From: Macrostomum lignano | Lineage: Eukaryota | Direction of reading: 5' to 3' | Assembly: GCA_002269645.1 (NCBI GenBank) | Contig: NIVC01001110.1 | Location: 1 to 64,000 of the forward strand | DNA length: 64,000 nt | In this document: positions 35,125 through 48,442 of the stretch, in pieces | How the letters are laid out: each line of letters begins with the position of its first letter | How positions within the stretch are numbered: position 1 is the stretch's first letter | Position numbers and translations under genes: made by a program | Notes under the pieces: model-generated | The model's database searches: none | The model's input: the letters and a program-made list of their open reading frames with translations, nothing else | Told to the model about the DNA's origin: nothing

Positions 35125-38100
35125 TCAGTTGGTTACAGTGTCACTAACACGAAATTCAGTTGGTTCCAGTGTCACTAACACGGAATTCAGTTGGTTCCAG
35201 TGTCACTAACACGGAATTCAGTTGGTTCCAGTGTCCCTAACACGGAATTCAGTTGGTTCCAGTGTCACTAACACGGAATTCAGTTGGTTCCAGTGTCACT
35301 AACACGAAATTCAGTTGGTTCCAGTGTCACTAACACGAAATTCAGTTGGTTCCAGTGTCACTAACACGAAATTCAGTTGGTTCCAGTGTCACTAACACGG
35401 AATTCAGTTGGTTCCAGTGTCACTAACACGAAATTCAGTTGGTTCCAGTGTCACTAACACGGAATTCAGTTGGTTCCAGTGTCACTAACACGGAATTCAG
35501 TTGGTTCCAGTGTCACTAACACGAAATTCAGTTGGTTCCAGTGTCACTAACACGGAATTCAGTTGGTTCCAGTGTCACTAACACGGAATTCAGTTGGTTC
35601 CAGTGTCACTAACACGAAATTCAGTTGGTTCCAGTGTCACTAACACGAAATTCAGTTGGTTCCAGTGTCACTAACACGGAATTCAGTTGGTTCCAGTGTC
35701 ACTAACACGGAATTCAGTTGGTTCCAGTGTCACTAACACGGAATTCAGTTGGTTCCAGTGTCACTAACACGAAATTCAGTTGGTTCCAGTGTCACTAACA
35801 CGGAATTCAGTTGGTTCCAGTGTCACTAACACGAAATTCAGTTGGTTCCAGTGTCACTAACACGGAATTCAGTTGGTTCCAGTGTCACTAACACGGAATT
35901 CAGTTGGTTCCAGTGTCACTAACACGAAATTCAGTTGGTTCCAGTGTCACTAACACGGAATTCAGTTGGTTCCAGTGTCACTAACACGAAATTCAGTTGG
36001 TTCCAGTGTCACTAACACGGAATTCAGATGGTTCCAGTGTCACTAACACGAAATTCAGTTGGTTCCAGTGTCACTAACACGGAATTCAGTTGGTTCCAGT
36101 GTCACTAACACGGAATTCAGTTGGTTCCGGTGTCACTAACACGGAATTCAGTTGGTTCCAGTGTCACTAACACGAAATTCAGTTGGTTCCAGTGTCACTA
36201 ACACGAAATTCAGTTGGTTCCAGTGTCACTAACACGGAATTCAGTTGGTTCCAGTGTCACTAACACGAAATTCAGTTGGTTCCAGTGTCACTAACATGGA
36301 ATTCAGTTGGTTCCAGTGTCACTAACACGAAATTCAGTTGGTTCCAGTGTCACTAACACGAAATTCAGTTGGTTCCAGTGTCACTAACACGGAATTCAGT
36401 TGGTTCCAGTGTCACTAACACGGAATTCAGTTGGTTCCAGTGTCACTAACACGGAATTCAGTTGGTTCCAGTGTCACTAACATGAAATTCAGTTGGTTCC
36501 AGTGTCACTAACACGAAATTCAGTTGGTTCCAGTGTCACTAACACGAAATTCAGTTGGTTCCAGTGTCACTAACACGGAATTCAGTTGGTTCCAGTGTCA
36601 CTAACACGGAATTCAGTTGGTTCCAGTGTCACTAACACGAAATTCAGTTGGTTCCAGTGTCACTAACACGAAATTCAGTTGGTTCCAGTGTCACTAACAC
36701 GAAATTCAGTTGGTTCCAGTGTCACTAACACGAAATTCAGTTGGTTCCAGTGTCACTAACATGGAATTCAGTTGGTTCCAGTGTCACTAACACGAAATTC
36801 AGTTGGTTCCAGTGTCACTAACACGAAATTCAGTTGGTTCCAGTGTCACTAACACGAAATTCAGTTGGTTCCAGTGTCACTAACACGGAATTCAGTTGGT
36901 TCCAGTGTCACTAACACGGAATTCAGTTGGTTCCAGTGTCACTAACACGAAATTCAGTTGGTTCCAGTGTCACTAACACGAAATTCAGTTGGTTCCAGTG
37001 TCACTAACACGAAATTCAGTTGGTTCCAGTGTCACTAACACGGAATTCAGTTGGTTCCAGTGTCACTAACACGAAATTCAGTTGGTTCCAGTGTCACTAA
37101 CACGAAATTCAGTTGGTTCCAGTGTCACTAACACGAAATTCAGTTGGTTCCAGTGTCACTAACACGGAATTCAGTTGGTTCCGGTGTCACTAACACGAAA
37201 TTCAGTTGGTTCCAGTGTCACTAACACGGAATTCAGTTGGTTCCAGTGTCACTAACACGAAATTCAGTTGGTTCCAGTGTCACTAACACGGAATTCAGTT
37301 GGTTCCGGTGTCACTAACACGAAATTCAGTTGGTTCCAGTGTCACTAACACGGAATTCAGTTGGTTCCAGTGTCACTAACACGAAATTCAGTTGGTTCCA
37401 GTGTCACTAACACGAAATTCAGTTGGTTCCAGTGTCACTAACACGAAATTCAGTTGGTTCCAGTGTCACTAACACGAAATTCAGTTGGTTCCAGTGTCAC
37501 TAACACGAAATTCAGTTGGTTCCAGTGTCACTAACACGGAATTCAGTTGGTTCCAGTGTCACTAACACGAAATTCAGTTGGTTCCAGTGTCACTAACACG
37601 GAATTCAGTTGGTTCCAGTGTCACTAACACGAAATTCAGTTGGTTCCAGTGTCACTAACACGAAATTCAGTTGGTTCCAGTGTCACTAACATGAAATTCA
37701 GTTGGTTCCAGTGTCACTAACACGGAATTCAGTTGGTTCCAGTGTCACTAACACGAAATTCAGTTGGTTCCAGTGTCACTAACACGAAATTCAGTTGGTT
37801 CCAGTGTCACTAACACGGAATTCAGTTGGTTCCAGTGTCACTAACACGAAATTCAGTTGGTTCCAGTGTCACTAACATGAAATTCAGTTGGTTCCAGTGT
37901 CACTAACACGGAATTCAGTTGGTTCCAGTGTCACTAACACGAAATTCAGTTGGTTCCAGTGTCACTAACACGAAATTCAGTTGGTTCCAGTGTCACTAAC
38001 ACGGAATTCAGTTGGTTCCAGTGTCACTAACACGAAATTCAGTTGGTTCCAGTGTCACTAACACGAAATTCAGTTGGTTCCAGTGTCACTAACATGAAAT

Positions 38101-39905
38101 TCAGTTGGTTCCAGTGTCACTAACACGGAATTCAGTTGGTTCCAGTGTCACTAACACGAAATTCAGTTGGTTCCAGTGTCACTAACACGAAATTCAGTTG
38201 GTTCCAGTGTCACTAACACGGAATTCAGATGGTTCCAGTGTCACTAACACGGAATTCAGTTGGTTCCAGTGTCACTAACACGGAATTCAGTTGGTTCCAG
38301 TGTCACTAACATGAAATTCAGTTGGTTCCAGTGTCACTAACACGAAATTCAGTTGGTTCCAGTGTCACTAACACGAAATTCAGTTGGTTCCAGTGTCACT
38401 AACACGGAATTCAGTTGGTTCCAGTGTCACTAACACGAAATTCAGTTGGTTCCAGTGTCACTAACACGGAATTCAGTTGGTTCCAGTGTCACTAACACGA
38501 AATTCAGTTGGTTCCAGTGTCACTAACACGGAATTCAGTTGGTTCCAGTGTCACTAACACGAAATTCAGTTGGTTCCAGTGTCACTAACACGAAATTCAG
38601 TTGGTTCCAGTGTCACTAACACGAAATTCAGTTGGTTCCAGTGTCACTAACACGAAATTCAGTTGGTTCCAGTGTCACTAACACGAAATTCAGTTGGTTC
38701 CAGTGTCACTAACATGGAATTCAGTTGGTTCCAGTGTCACTAACACGGAATTCAGTTGGTTCCAGTGTCACTAACACGGAATTCAGTTGGTTCCAGTGTC
38801 ACTAACACGGAATTCAGTTGGTTCCAGTGTCACTAACATGAAATTCAGTTGGTTCCAGTGTCACTAACACGAAATTCAGTTGGTTCCAGTGTCACTAACA
38901 CGAAATTCAGTTGGTTCCAGTGTCACTAACACGAAATTCAGTTGGTTCCAGTGTCACTAACACGAAATTCAGTTGGTTCCAGTGTCACTAACACGAAATT
39001 CAGTTGGTTCCAGTGTCACTAACACGGAATTCAGTTGGTTCCAGTGTCACTAACACGAAATTCAGTTGGTTCCAGTGTCACTAACACGAAATTCAGTTGG
39101 TTCCAGTGTCACTAACATGAAATTCAGTTGGTTCCAGTGTCACTAACACGAAATTCAGTTGGTTCCAGTGTCACTAACACGAAATTCAGTTGGTTCCAGT
39201 GTCACTAACATGAAATTCAGTTGGTTCCAGTGTTACTAACATGGAATTCAGTTGGTTCCAGTGTCACTAACATGAAATTCAGTTGGTTCCAGTGTCACTA
39301 ACACGGAATTCAGTTGGTTCCAGTGTCACTAACACGAAATTCAGTTGGTTCCAGTGTCACTAACACGGAATTCAGTTGGTTCCAGTGTCACTAACACGGA
39401 ATTCAGTTGGTTCCAGTGTCACTAACACGAAATTCAGTTGGTTCCAGTGTCACTAACATGAAATTCAGTTGGTTCCAGTGTCACTAACACGGAATTCAGT
39501 TGGTTCCAGTGTCACTAACATGAAATTCAGTTGGTTCCAGTGTCACTAACACGGAATTCAGTTGGTTCCAGTGTCACTAACACGGAATTCAGTTGGTTCC
39601 AGTGTCACTAACACGGAATTCAGTTGGTTCCAGTGTCACTAACACGAAATTCAGTTGGTTCCAGTGTCACTAACATGAAATTCAGTTGGTTCCAGTGTCA
39701 CTAACACGGAATTCAGTTGGTTCCAGTGTCACTAACACGAAATTCAGTTGGTTCCAGTGTCACTAACACGGAATTCAGTTGGTTCCAGTGTCACTAACAC
39801 GGAATTCAGTTGGTTCCAGTGTCACTAACATGGAATTCAGTTGGTTCCAGTGTCACTAACACGGAATTCAGTTGGTTCCAGTGTCACTAACATGAAATTC
39901 AGTTG
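35125..39905. repeat. 31-bp satellite array, ~154 copies, highly homogeneous
   Basis: Unit CAGTTGGTTCCAGTGTCACTAACAYGRAATT; units abut with no spacers. Confidence 0.99.
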
Positions 39906-40434
39906 AGTCCAGGCACTGTTTATTCGAGCACAAATTCACGCGCACTCTGCATGCGTCCTTTATCCGTACTGTAAAACTTTTTCCTTACAAAACGCCGGGG
40001 CAGACTGCAGTGGATTAAATCTAGAAATTGATTTCTTTTGGGTAAGTATGCCAGCCCTTTCTCACCCGCCATTCTGTTGAGTTGATCTTTGCCGTCGCAA
40101 CGGCTTATGGCCTGATCGGAGGTCGGTACTAGCAAAACAATATTAGTTAGTGCGAACTCTGCACCACACAGCAGACTTGGGCCAGTTCAGTGCGGACCTG
40201 AACTGCAGGCCTTACCTACCGTATGCGCGGTGACGCTGCAATGTCGAAACCAAATGAGAGTTTTATTTTGTCTGCTTAAAAATCTAAGAAAGAACACCGT
40301 GTTAGTAATATTATAGTCTTGTTAATAATATTTATTTAAATGCTTAGTTTTGTCAAAATAATTCAATCAGTTGAAGAGATGCTTAACTATGTACTCGTAG
40401 GAGCATTAATAACTTACTGTAAATTTATAAACTG

Positions 40435-41025
40435 CTACATAAACTACAGAGGCGCTCAATAAACTAGCTGGTACACAGGCGCTAAATAAACTACAGAGGC
40501 GCTAAATACAAGAAAACTGCGGTAGCGCTAAGTAAACTACACAAAGGGTGAATACGACCTAAACTACATAGGCGCTAAATAAACTACAGAAGCGCTAAAT
40601 AAACTACAGAGGCGCTAAATAAACTACAGAGGCGCTAAATAAACTACAGAAGCGCTAAATAAACTACAGAGGCGCTAAATAAACTACAGAAGCGCTAAAT
40701 AAACTACAGAGGCTCTAAATAAACTACAGAAGCGCTAAATAAACTACCGAGGCGCTAAATAAACTACAGAAGGGCTAAATAAACTACAGAAGCGCTAAAT
40801 AAACTACAGAGGCTCCAAATAAACTACAGAAGCGCTAAATAAACTACATAGGCGCTAAATAAACTGCAGAAGCGCTAAATAAACTACAGAGGCTCTAAGT
40901 AAACTACAGAAGCGCTAAATAAACTACAGAGGCGCTAAATAAGCTACAGAAGCGCTAAATAAACTACAGAGGCTCTAAATAAACTACAGAAGCGCTAAAT
41001 AAACTACAGAAGCGCTGAATAAACC
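40435..41025. repeat. 20-bp minisatellite with a 40-bp alternating dimer
   Basis: AAACTACAGA(G/A)GCGCTAAAT, with G and A variants largely alternating. Confidence 0.96.
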
Positions 41026-41802
41026 ACATGTACGTTGTACACTCGTATTGGCGTTGGACAAACTACAAAGTCGGTAAATGCAGATCTATAAAGTTGCTGA
41101 ATAAACAGATTTGATAGTAATAAAAATAAATATTCGCCGGCGGTAGCTGAGCCACTGTATTCAAGTTTCAGGCACAAAATCCGGCCCACTAATCTGATAG
41201 TTGCAACTAGCTGATTAAGCACATAGATCTGCGAGCAATAACATACAATAATTTGTACAAACTTTTCGTCGCTACAGTAGTCGTTTAATCTTTTTAAAAA
41301 TGAAACACCAATGCAAGTTTCATATTTATTGCGTAAACAACTTAGGCACACTATAACCGAAAAAAAATTCCATTTCGGAAATTTACCGAACCAATTTGGG
41401 GGGGGGGTCAAAATTAGTACGAGCGTAAGAAGTGAGTGAATGATAATAACTGGTGAATGCGATGCATGGCTACGACAACCCCTCTCACTCTGTAGTAGTA
41501 TGCGCTACATTGAACTGTCCTCTCTTAAGGTTAGCTTGGCTTCCGTTGAAGAACTATCTAGAAAGATCTAGTTTCTTGTTTTCGTGACAGAGCGAGAGAG
41601 TGAGAGAAGAGAACCCCGACAGCCACCCCACCTCCGTCTCCGTACGCCAAGCCAGGAGGTTGGGGGGGGCGGGCCAGTGTACAGCGGTTTCTGTTGTGCA
41701 TGAAAGCGCTGCTGGGTGGAGTGGGGTGGGGCTGTTTACTGCTGCTAGACAGGCAGCAGAATTCCGTCATGCAAAGCGCAAGTGAGATCTGGGACAATTC
41801 AG

Positions 41803-41810
41803 TATAAATA
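41803..41810 (+). promoter_or_regulatory. Candidate TATA box of the CDO gene
   Basis: TATAAATA followed by GGGCGGGG, ~90 nt upstream of the ATG at 41897. Confidence 0.5.
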
Positions 41811-41896
41811 GAGGGCGGGGCATTGCCACAACTACCCAAAGCCCAATCCGTTAGACCTGTCTGATTAGTTTTAAACAGCCAAGACTACTATACGCT

Positions 41897-44757
41897 ATGG
41901 ACAATATTCTTGTACACTCGGACGAGCATGTAGGCATGCGAGTTCCCATGAAATACCGAGACGAGAAGGCCGTAGTGCGGCCGGCCAACCTGGTTGAGCT
42001 GATCGCCGAGGTCGACAAGATATTCAGCGAGGACACGGTCAATGTCGACTACGTGCACGCCCTGATGGAGTCGTACAAGAGCAACCCGGCTGACTGGCGC
42101 GCCTATGCCAAATTCGATCCGCACAGGTACACTCGCAACCTGGTCAGCGAGGGCAACGGCAAGTACAACATGATGCTGTTGTGCTGGAACGAAGGCCAGG
42201 GCTCGTCTATACACGACCACGCAAATAGCCACTGCTTCATGAAGGTGCTGCAGGGATCCTTGATTGAGACTCAGTATTACTGGCCGGCTAAGAAGGGCCA
42301 GCCGATGAAGCGGAAACAGACTACCGAGCTCATGCTCGATCAGTGCGCCTATATTGATGGTGAGTAGGTGAACAGCTGGGCACCATGAACTTTCGGCGTC
42401 ACTTCCATTTTCTCTCTCATCTCTCACCATCTTTCCTCTTTGACTCTCCTCTCCCTCCCTCAAACTGTATTTACCTCCCTCAAACTGTATTTACCTCCCT
42501 CAAACTGTATTTACCTCCCTCACACCGTCTCTCCCTCCCTCAAACTGTCTCTCCCTCCCTCAAACTGTCTCTCCCTCCCTCACACTCTCTCCCTCCCTCA
42601 AACTGTCTCTACCTCCCTCACACTCTCTTCCTCCCTCAAACTGTCTCTACCTCCCTCACACTCTCCCTCCCTCAAACTGTCTCTGCCTCCCTCACACCGT
42701 CTCTCCCTCCCTCAAACTGTCTCTCCCTCCCTCAAACTGTATTTACCTCCCTCAAACTGTATTTACCTCCCTCACGCCGTCTCTCCCTCCCTCAAACTGT
42801 ATTTACCTCCCTCACACCGTCTCTCTCTCCCTCAAACTGTATTTACCTCCCTCAAACTGTATTTACCTCCCTCACACCGTCTCTCCCTCCCTTAAACTGT
42901 CTCTCCCTCCCTCAAACTGTATTTACCTCCCTCAAACTGTATTTACCTCCCTCACACCGTCTCTCCCTCCCTCAAACTGTCTCTCCCTCCCTCAAACTGT
43001 ATTTACTTCCCTCAAACTGTCTCTCCCTCCCTCAAACTGTCTCTACCTCCCTCACACTCTCTCCCTCCCTCAAACTGTCTCTGCCTCCCTCACACCGTCT
43101 CTCCCTCCCTCAAACTGTCTCTCCCTCCCTCAAACTGTATTTACCTCCCTCACACCGTCTCTCCCTCCCTCATACTGTATTTAACTCCCTCAAACTGTAT
43201 TTACCTCCCTCAAACTGTATTTACCTCCCTCACACTCTCTCCCTCCCTCAAACTGTCTCTCCCTCCCTCAAACTGTATTTACTTCCCTCAAACTGTCTCT
43301 CCCTCCCTCAAACTGTCTCTACCTCCCTCACACTCTCTCCCTCCCTCAAACTGTCTCTGCCTCCCTCACACCGTCTCTCCCTCCCTCACACCGTCTCTCC
43401 CTCCCTCAAACTGTATTTACCTCCCTCAAACTGTATTTACCTCCCTCAAACTGTATTTACCTCCCTCACACTCTCTCCCTCCCTCAAACTGTCTCTGCCT
43501 CCCTCACACCGTCTCTCCCTCCCTCAAACTGTCTCTCCCTCCCTCAAACTGTATTTACCTCCCTCAAACTGTATTTACCTCCCTCAAACTGTCTCTCCCT
43601 CCCTCAAACCGCCTCTCCCTCCCTCAAACCGTCTCTCCCTCCCTCCCTCAAACTGTCTCTGCCTCCCTCACACTCTCCCTCCCTCAAACTGTCTCTACCT
43701 CCCTCACACTCTCTCCCTCCCTCAAACTGTATTTACCTCCCTCAAACTGTCTCTCCCTCCCTCAAACTGTATTTACCTCCCTCAAACTGTCTCTCCCTCC
43801 CTCAAACTGTATTTACCTCCCTCAAACTGTCTCTCCCTCCCTCAAACCGCCTCTCCCTCCCTCAAACCGTCTCTCCCTCCCTCAAACTGTCTCTGCCTCC
43901 CTCACACTCTCCCTCCCTCAAACTGTATTTACCTCCCTCAAACTGTCTCTCCCTCCCTCAAACTGTCTCTCCCTCCCTCAAACCGTCTCTCCCTCCCCAG
44001 TTATCTACACCGCATCTATCTAGAACTCAAACTCAAAATAATAGCTAAAGTCGCATGCGCCATTCGCAGACACCATCGGCCTACACCGGGTTGAGAACCC
44101 GTCCCACGTGGACTCGGCGATCACCCTGCACCTGTACATACCGCCCTACTCTGAGTGCCACTGTTTCGATGAGAATACTGGCAAGCCGAGAACGGCTAAG
44201 GTCACCTTCTGGAGCAAGTACGGCCAGAGGACGCGAGAAGCGGTGAGCAGTGTGGCAGCTGTTTTGACTGGAAATTTTCATGACCAATTAAATTTAGTTA
44301 TATTTATCACGTGACCGTCTCTCCCGCCCTCCCATCGTCTCTCACTCCTTTTCACCGTCTCTCCCTACCTCTCACCATCTCACCCTCCCTCTCACAATTT
44401 CTTCCTCCCTCTCATTGTCTCTCCCTTTCACACTCCCTCCGTTATACGTTCATGGAACTGGAAATTTCCATGGTCTAATTGCACTCGACCATAATGGTAT
44501 CAGTCACGTGAATGATACCACGTGACTGACCGCGTGTAATCGCTCGGGCTGCTCGTGCACCGCCACTCGACTCAAACTGGTTTCATTTTTTCCAGCTTAC
44601 TCTAAAAAAGAACTGAATGAAGCGTCAAGACACACCCCCTTCTTTGAACTTGCCGCCGTTTTACAACGCACATAGATAGAACTTTTGCAACAAGCCTGTA
44701 GCCCGTATATCTTTATTGCAGCCGACTGAGAGCGCCGACCCAGACAGCAGCAAGTGA
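41897..44757 (+). CDS. CDO1: Cysteine dioxygenase type 1, 223 aa from the first ATG
   Basis: Exons 41897-42359, 44070-44242 and 44722-44757 (672 nt; phases 1 and 0). Motifs: YTRNLV (R60), [18 protein letters not shown] (H86/H88/C93), [10 protein letters not shown] (H140), TLHLYIPP (H155/Y157), TFWSKYG. Confidence 0.95.
42400..44000. repeat. Compound ~20-bp pyrimidine-rich minisatellite in CDO intron 1
   Basis: Interleaved units CTCCCTCAAACTGTATTTAC, CTCCCTCAAACTGTCTCTCC and CTCCCTCACACCGTCTCTCC. Confidence 0.97.
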
Positions 44758-45689
44758 GGCCTCCCAGCCAGGCCCAGAGCCAAACACAACTGCGTCAGTG
44801 CGAATTTCAACTCAGTTTATTTTAAACACTTTGTACAGCAGCAATTCATTTGAATTTTGATAATACGATTGTGGTGAAGTAAATAACTGGTGGCAATTCT
44901 TGCCATTGCTAATAGATAATGCCATTTGTTCGTACTGGAACTTGCGCACGAAGACGTAAGCTATTTTTCCGTTTGTTATACTCGGTGAAAGTTGCTTTCT
45001 TCGAAAATATTTTCTCGCTTATAGAGGCTGAGTTCGTTTGAAATTTTATTTTAAATTCAGGCTAAATTGCTTGAAGTAACAAATTGTCACTGTCATTTTA
45101 TCCGCTGTCAGCATGCTGTTGTATTTCTACTTTTTGTTTTAGTTGCACCAATTTACCGCCTTAATTTGAATTGATCTGTTAGAAATAGTTTCAATCGAGC
45201 CATTAATTAGCGTCGATATGCATTGCACCTGTGCCGTCAAGGATGATTATGCTGATTTGTTATTTTCTGCGCGAATTAATCTAATTTCATCTCAATAAAA
45301 CTCGTATATATGGATTTGAGATGTGCAAGATCAAATACATAACTACATTATTGTGTATCATCTATTCTAAAGCGCAACTACAACACACGAGAATCATATT
45401 TTCTTATCAACCATGCAGAGCCAATTGTGGCATTTAAATGCTGTTCCTGGCTACTTATGTGAGTAGAGTGAACTGCATCGGAGTGATATACAAGTCATTC
45501 TGACTATCATTTTAAACCGAAAATAATTCTAAAGAGCTACGATTTTATACGATTAAAATCTGACAGATAAAGTAGCCCTATCTCAAATAAGGCTAAAAAT
45601 CTCACATCTCACGGGCACATTGATCCGTATCAAGGCGTCAAATCAATCTCCTCAAAGGTGCAAAATCAATCTGTACAAAAGCTCCAGAT

Positions 45690-46545
45690 CAATCAACAAA
45701 AAGACGCCAAATCGATATACAAATAGACGCCAAATCGATCTACAAATAGGCGCCAAATCAATCTATAAAAGGCGCCAAATCAACCTACTAAAAGGCGCCA
45801 AATCAACCTACTAAAAGGCGCCAATTCAATCTCTACAAAGGCGCCAATTCAATCCACAAATAGACACCAGATCAAACTACAAAAAAATCACCACATCAAT
45901 CTACAAAAAGGCGCCAAATCAATCTACAAAAAGGCGCCAAATCAATCTACAAAAAGGCGCCAAATCAATCTACAAAAGGCGCCAAATCAATCTACAAAAG
46001 GCGCCAAATCAATCTATAAAAAGGCGCCAAATCAATCTACAAAAGGCGCCAAATCAATCTATAAAAAGGCGCCAAATCAATCTACAAAAAGACTCCAGAT
46101 CAAACTACAAAAAAATCACCACAACAATCTACAAAAGGCGCCAAATCAATCTACAAAAAGGCGCCAAATCAATCTACAAAAGGCGCCAAATCAATCTACA
46201 AAAAGACTCCAGATCAAACTACAAAAAAATCACCACAACAATCTACAAAAGGCGCCAAATCAATCTACAAAAAGGCGCCAAATCAATCTACAAAAAGGCG
46301 CCAAATCAATCTACAAAAAGGCGCCAAATCAATCTACAAAAAGGCGCCAAATCAATCTACAAAAGGCGCCAAATCAATCTACAAAAAGACGACAAATCAA
46401 CCTACTAAAAGGCGTCAAATCAATCTACAAATGGGCGCCAAATCAATCTACAAAAAGGCGCTAAATCAATCTACAAATAGGCGCCAAATCAATCTACAAA
46501 AAGACGCCAAAACATCTCTACACAGGCGCCAAAACAATTTCTACA
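45690..46545. repeat. 22-23-bp minisatellite with GGCGCC core
   Basis: Unit AAAAGGCGCCAAATCAATCTAC(A). Confidence 0.95.
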
Positions 46546-47869
46546 AAACTACCTGCACGAATCGACTAAGGGGAGTCCCAGCTATTTAAACGCTTCTTCA
46601 ATTCTAAGAATAACAATAAATTAGCTCAATTATCTGTTCCAACAGATCAAAGTTTGAATTCGAAAATGAACCAGTTTGTATATTTTACAATCGGACATTG
46701 ACTTCTCGCTTGCGAGCTGGCACTGGATCGAACTGAAATCAAGATAGATAGATGAGCCATTGTTTCGGCCATGCAGCAATCGACGCTACAGCCAGCGGTT
46801 GCGCAAACTATCGCAATACACCAAAAAGCCAGGTACCGATGCCCCAGAGACTACGGACACAAAGACTAGCAGGCGCTATCAGATTTCTGCACCGCAGACA
46901 CACTGGAAGTCACTCGCCCCACTATAAACAGAGAGCCTTCCTCATTAGCGGACAGAGAGCAGGACCTGAATGATGTCGCAACAGGCATTGTTGGTGGGAT
47001 TTAAGGCGGAGATCAACTTTTTGGCAGGCACACACAGCACACAGCACAGCTATTTTTAGCTCGCGAGAAAACAAATGCAATGCTGTATACACACAGTGGC
47101 GAAGTCGCGATTGACACTGCTCCAGATCCATTATTGATTGATTGCGGAGGATCCGAGAAGCCTGCATGCGCGCTGACGCAACAGTGCAGGACAGGCAGAC
47201 AGACGGTCGGACGCAAAGTATTAAATTTTTGTCATTCGCATTTTTCGGCGGCGCTTATCATTTTTTGACAGCGACGGTTCGCCGTCTGTATAAAGAAAGG
47301 ACCTGCTGACGCAACCGCATCTCCTCTTCCAGCGGGTGAGGCCCGGTCTGGGACTGATCTAGAATATTCTCCCCCATTTCTGTTGGCTCCCGCATGGATG
47401 CGGCGCGGTTGCGCCATCATTTTTCATTAATTTAAAGCCCGCGGGAGGGGGGAGAGGTGGGTAAAACAGATGTCCCGCCGGGTTTTTAAATAGGCTACAG
47501 TGATGAGGCCTTCTCAGAGAGCTTCCTCAATTCGTGATTTCTCATACGTTATTAACTCCAGAGACAGCTCAATCTCAGTGCAAAATGTTGAACAAATTTT
47601 CTTTCTCAATTTTTTTCATCAATTCTTTAGCTGCTTTGTCTCTTGAAGTGGCTTCAGTTTCATGCGATCAGTCCTTCATCTACTACTCAGCCTTCCAGCC
47701 TCCCTGCTGGACCTCATCTATTGTGAATGCCCCCAGCAAGGAGGCAATGATGCAGAATATATCTTGGACTCCATCATGTTTTTAGTTGTTTCAAAGTAAA
47801 TCAATATGTTTTCCTCGATTGAACCCGCTAGTTAATGAAATTTAATGATTAGGTACAGCGCCTCAAGAA

Positions 47870-48442
47870 CAGCACCCCTGAATCACCACCCCTGAACCAA
47901 CACCCCTGAACCAACACCCCTGAATCAGCGCCCCTGAATCAGCACCCCTGAATCAGCACCCCTGAATCAGCACCCCTGAATCAGCACCCCTGAATCGCCA
48001 CCCCTGAATCAGCACCCCTGAATCAGCGCCCCTGAATCAGCGCCCTTAAATCACCATCCCTGAATCAGCACCCCTGAATCAGCACCCCTAAATCAGCACC
48101 CCTGAATCAGCGCCCCTGAATCAGCGCCCCTAAATCAGCGCCCCTAAATCACCATCCCTGAATCAGCACCCCTGAATCAGCACCCCTAAATCAGCACCCC
48201 TGAATCAGCGCCCCTGAATCAGCGCCCCTAAATCAGCGCCCCTAAATCACCATCCCTGAATCAGCACCCCTGAATCAGCACCCCTGAATCAGCACCCCTA
48301 AATCAGCACCCCTGAATCAGCGCCCCTGAATCAGCGCCCCTGAATCAGCGCCCCTAAATCAGCGCCCCTAAATCACCATCCCTGAATCAGCACCCCTGAA
48401 TCAGCGCCCCTGAATCACCACCCCTGATTTAGCGCCCCTGAA
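47870..48442. repeat. 14-bp minisatellite
   Basis: Unit CCCCTGAATCAGCR. Confidence 0.96.

Noticed and set aside
35125-39905. CRISPR array (31-bp hairpin-forming repeats)
   Set aside because: Units abut directly with no unique spacers, there are no cas genes, and the context is eukaryotic.
42385-44094. 569-aa Leu/Ser/Pro ORF
   Set aside because: Pyrimidine minisatellite in CDO intron 1.
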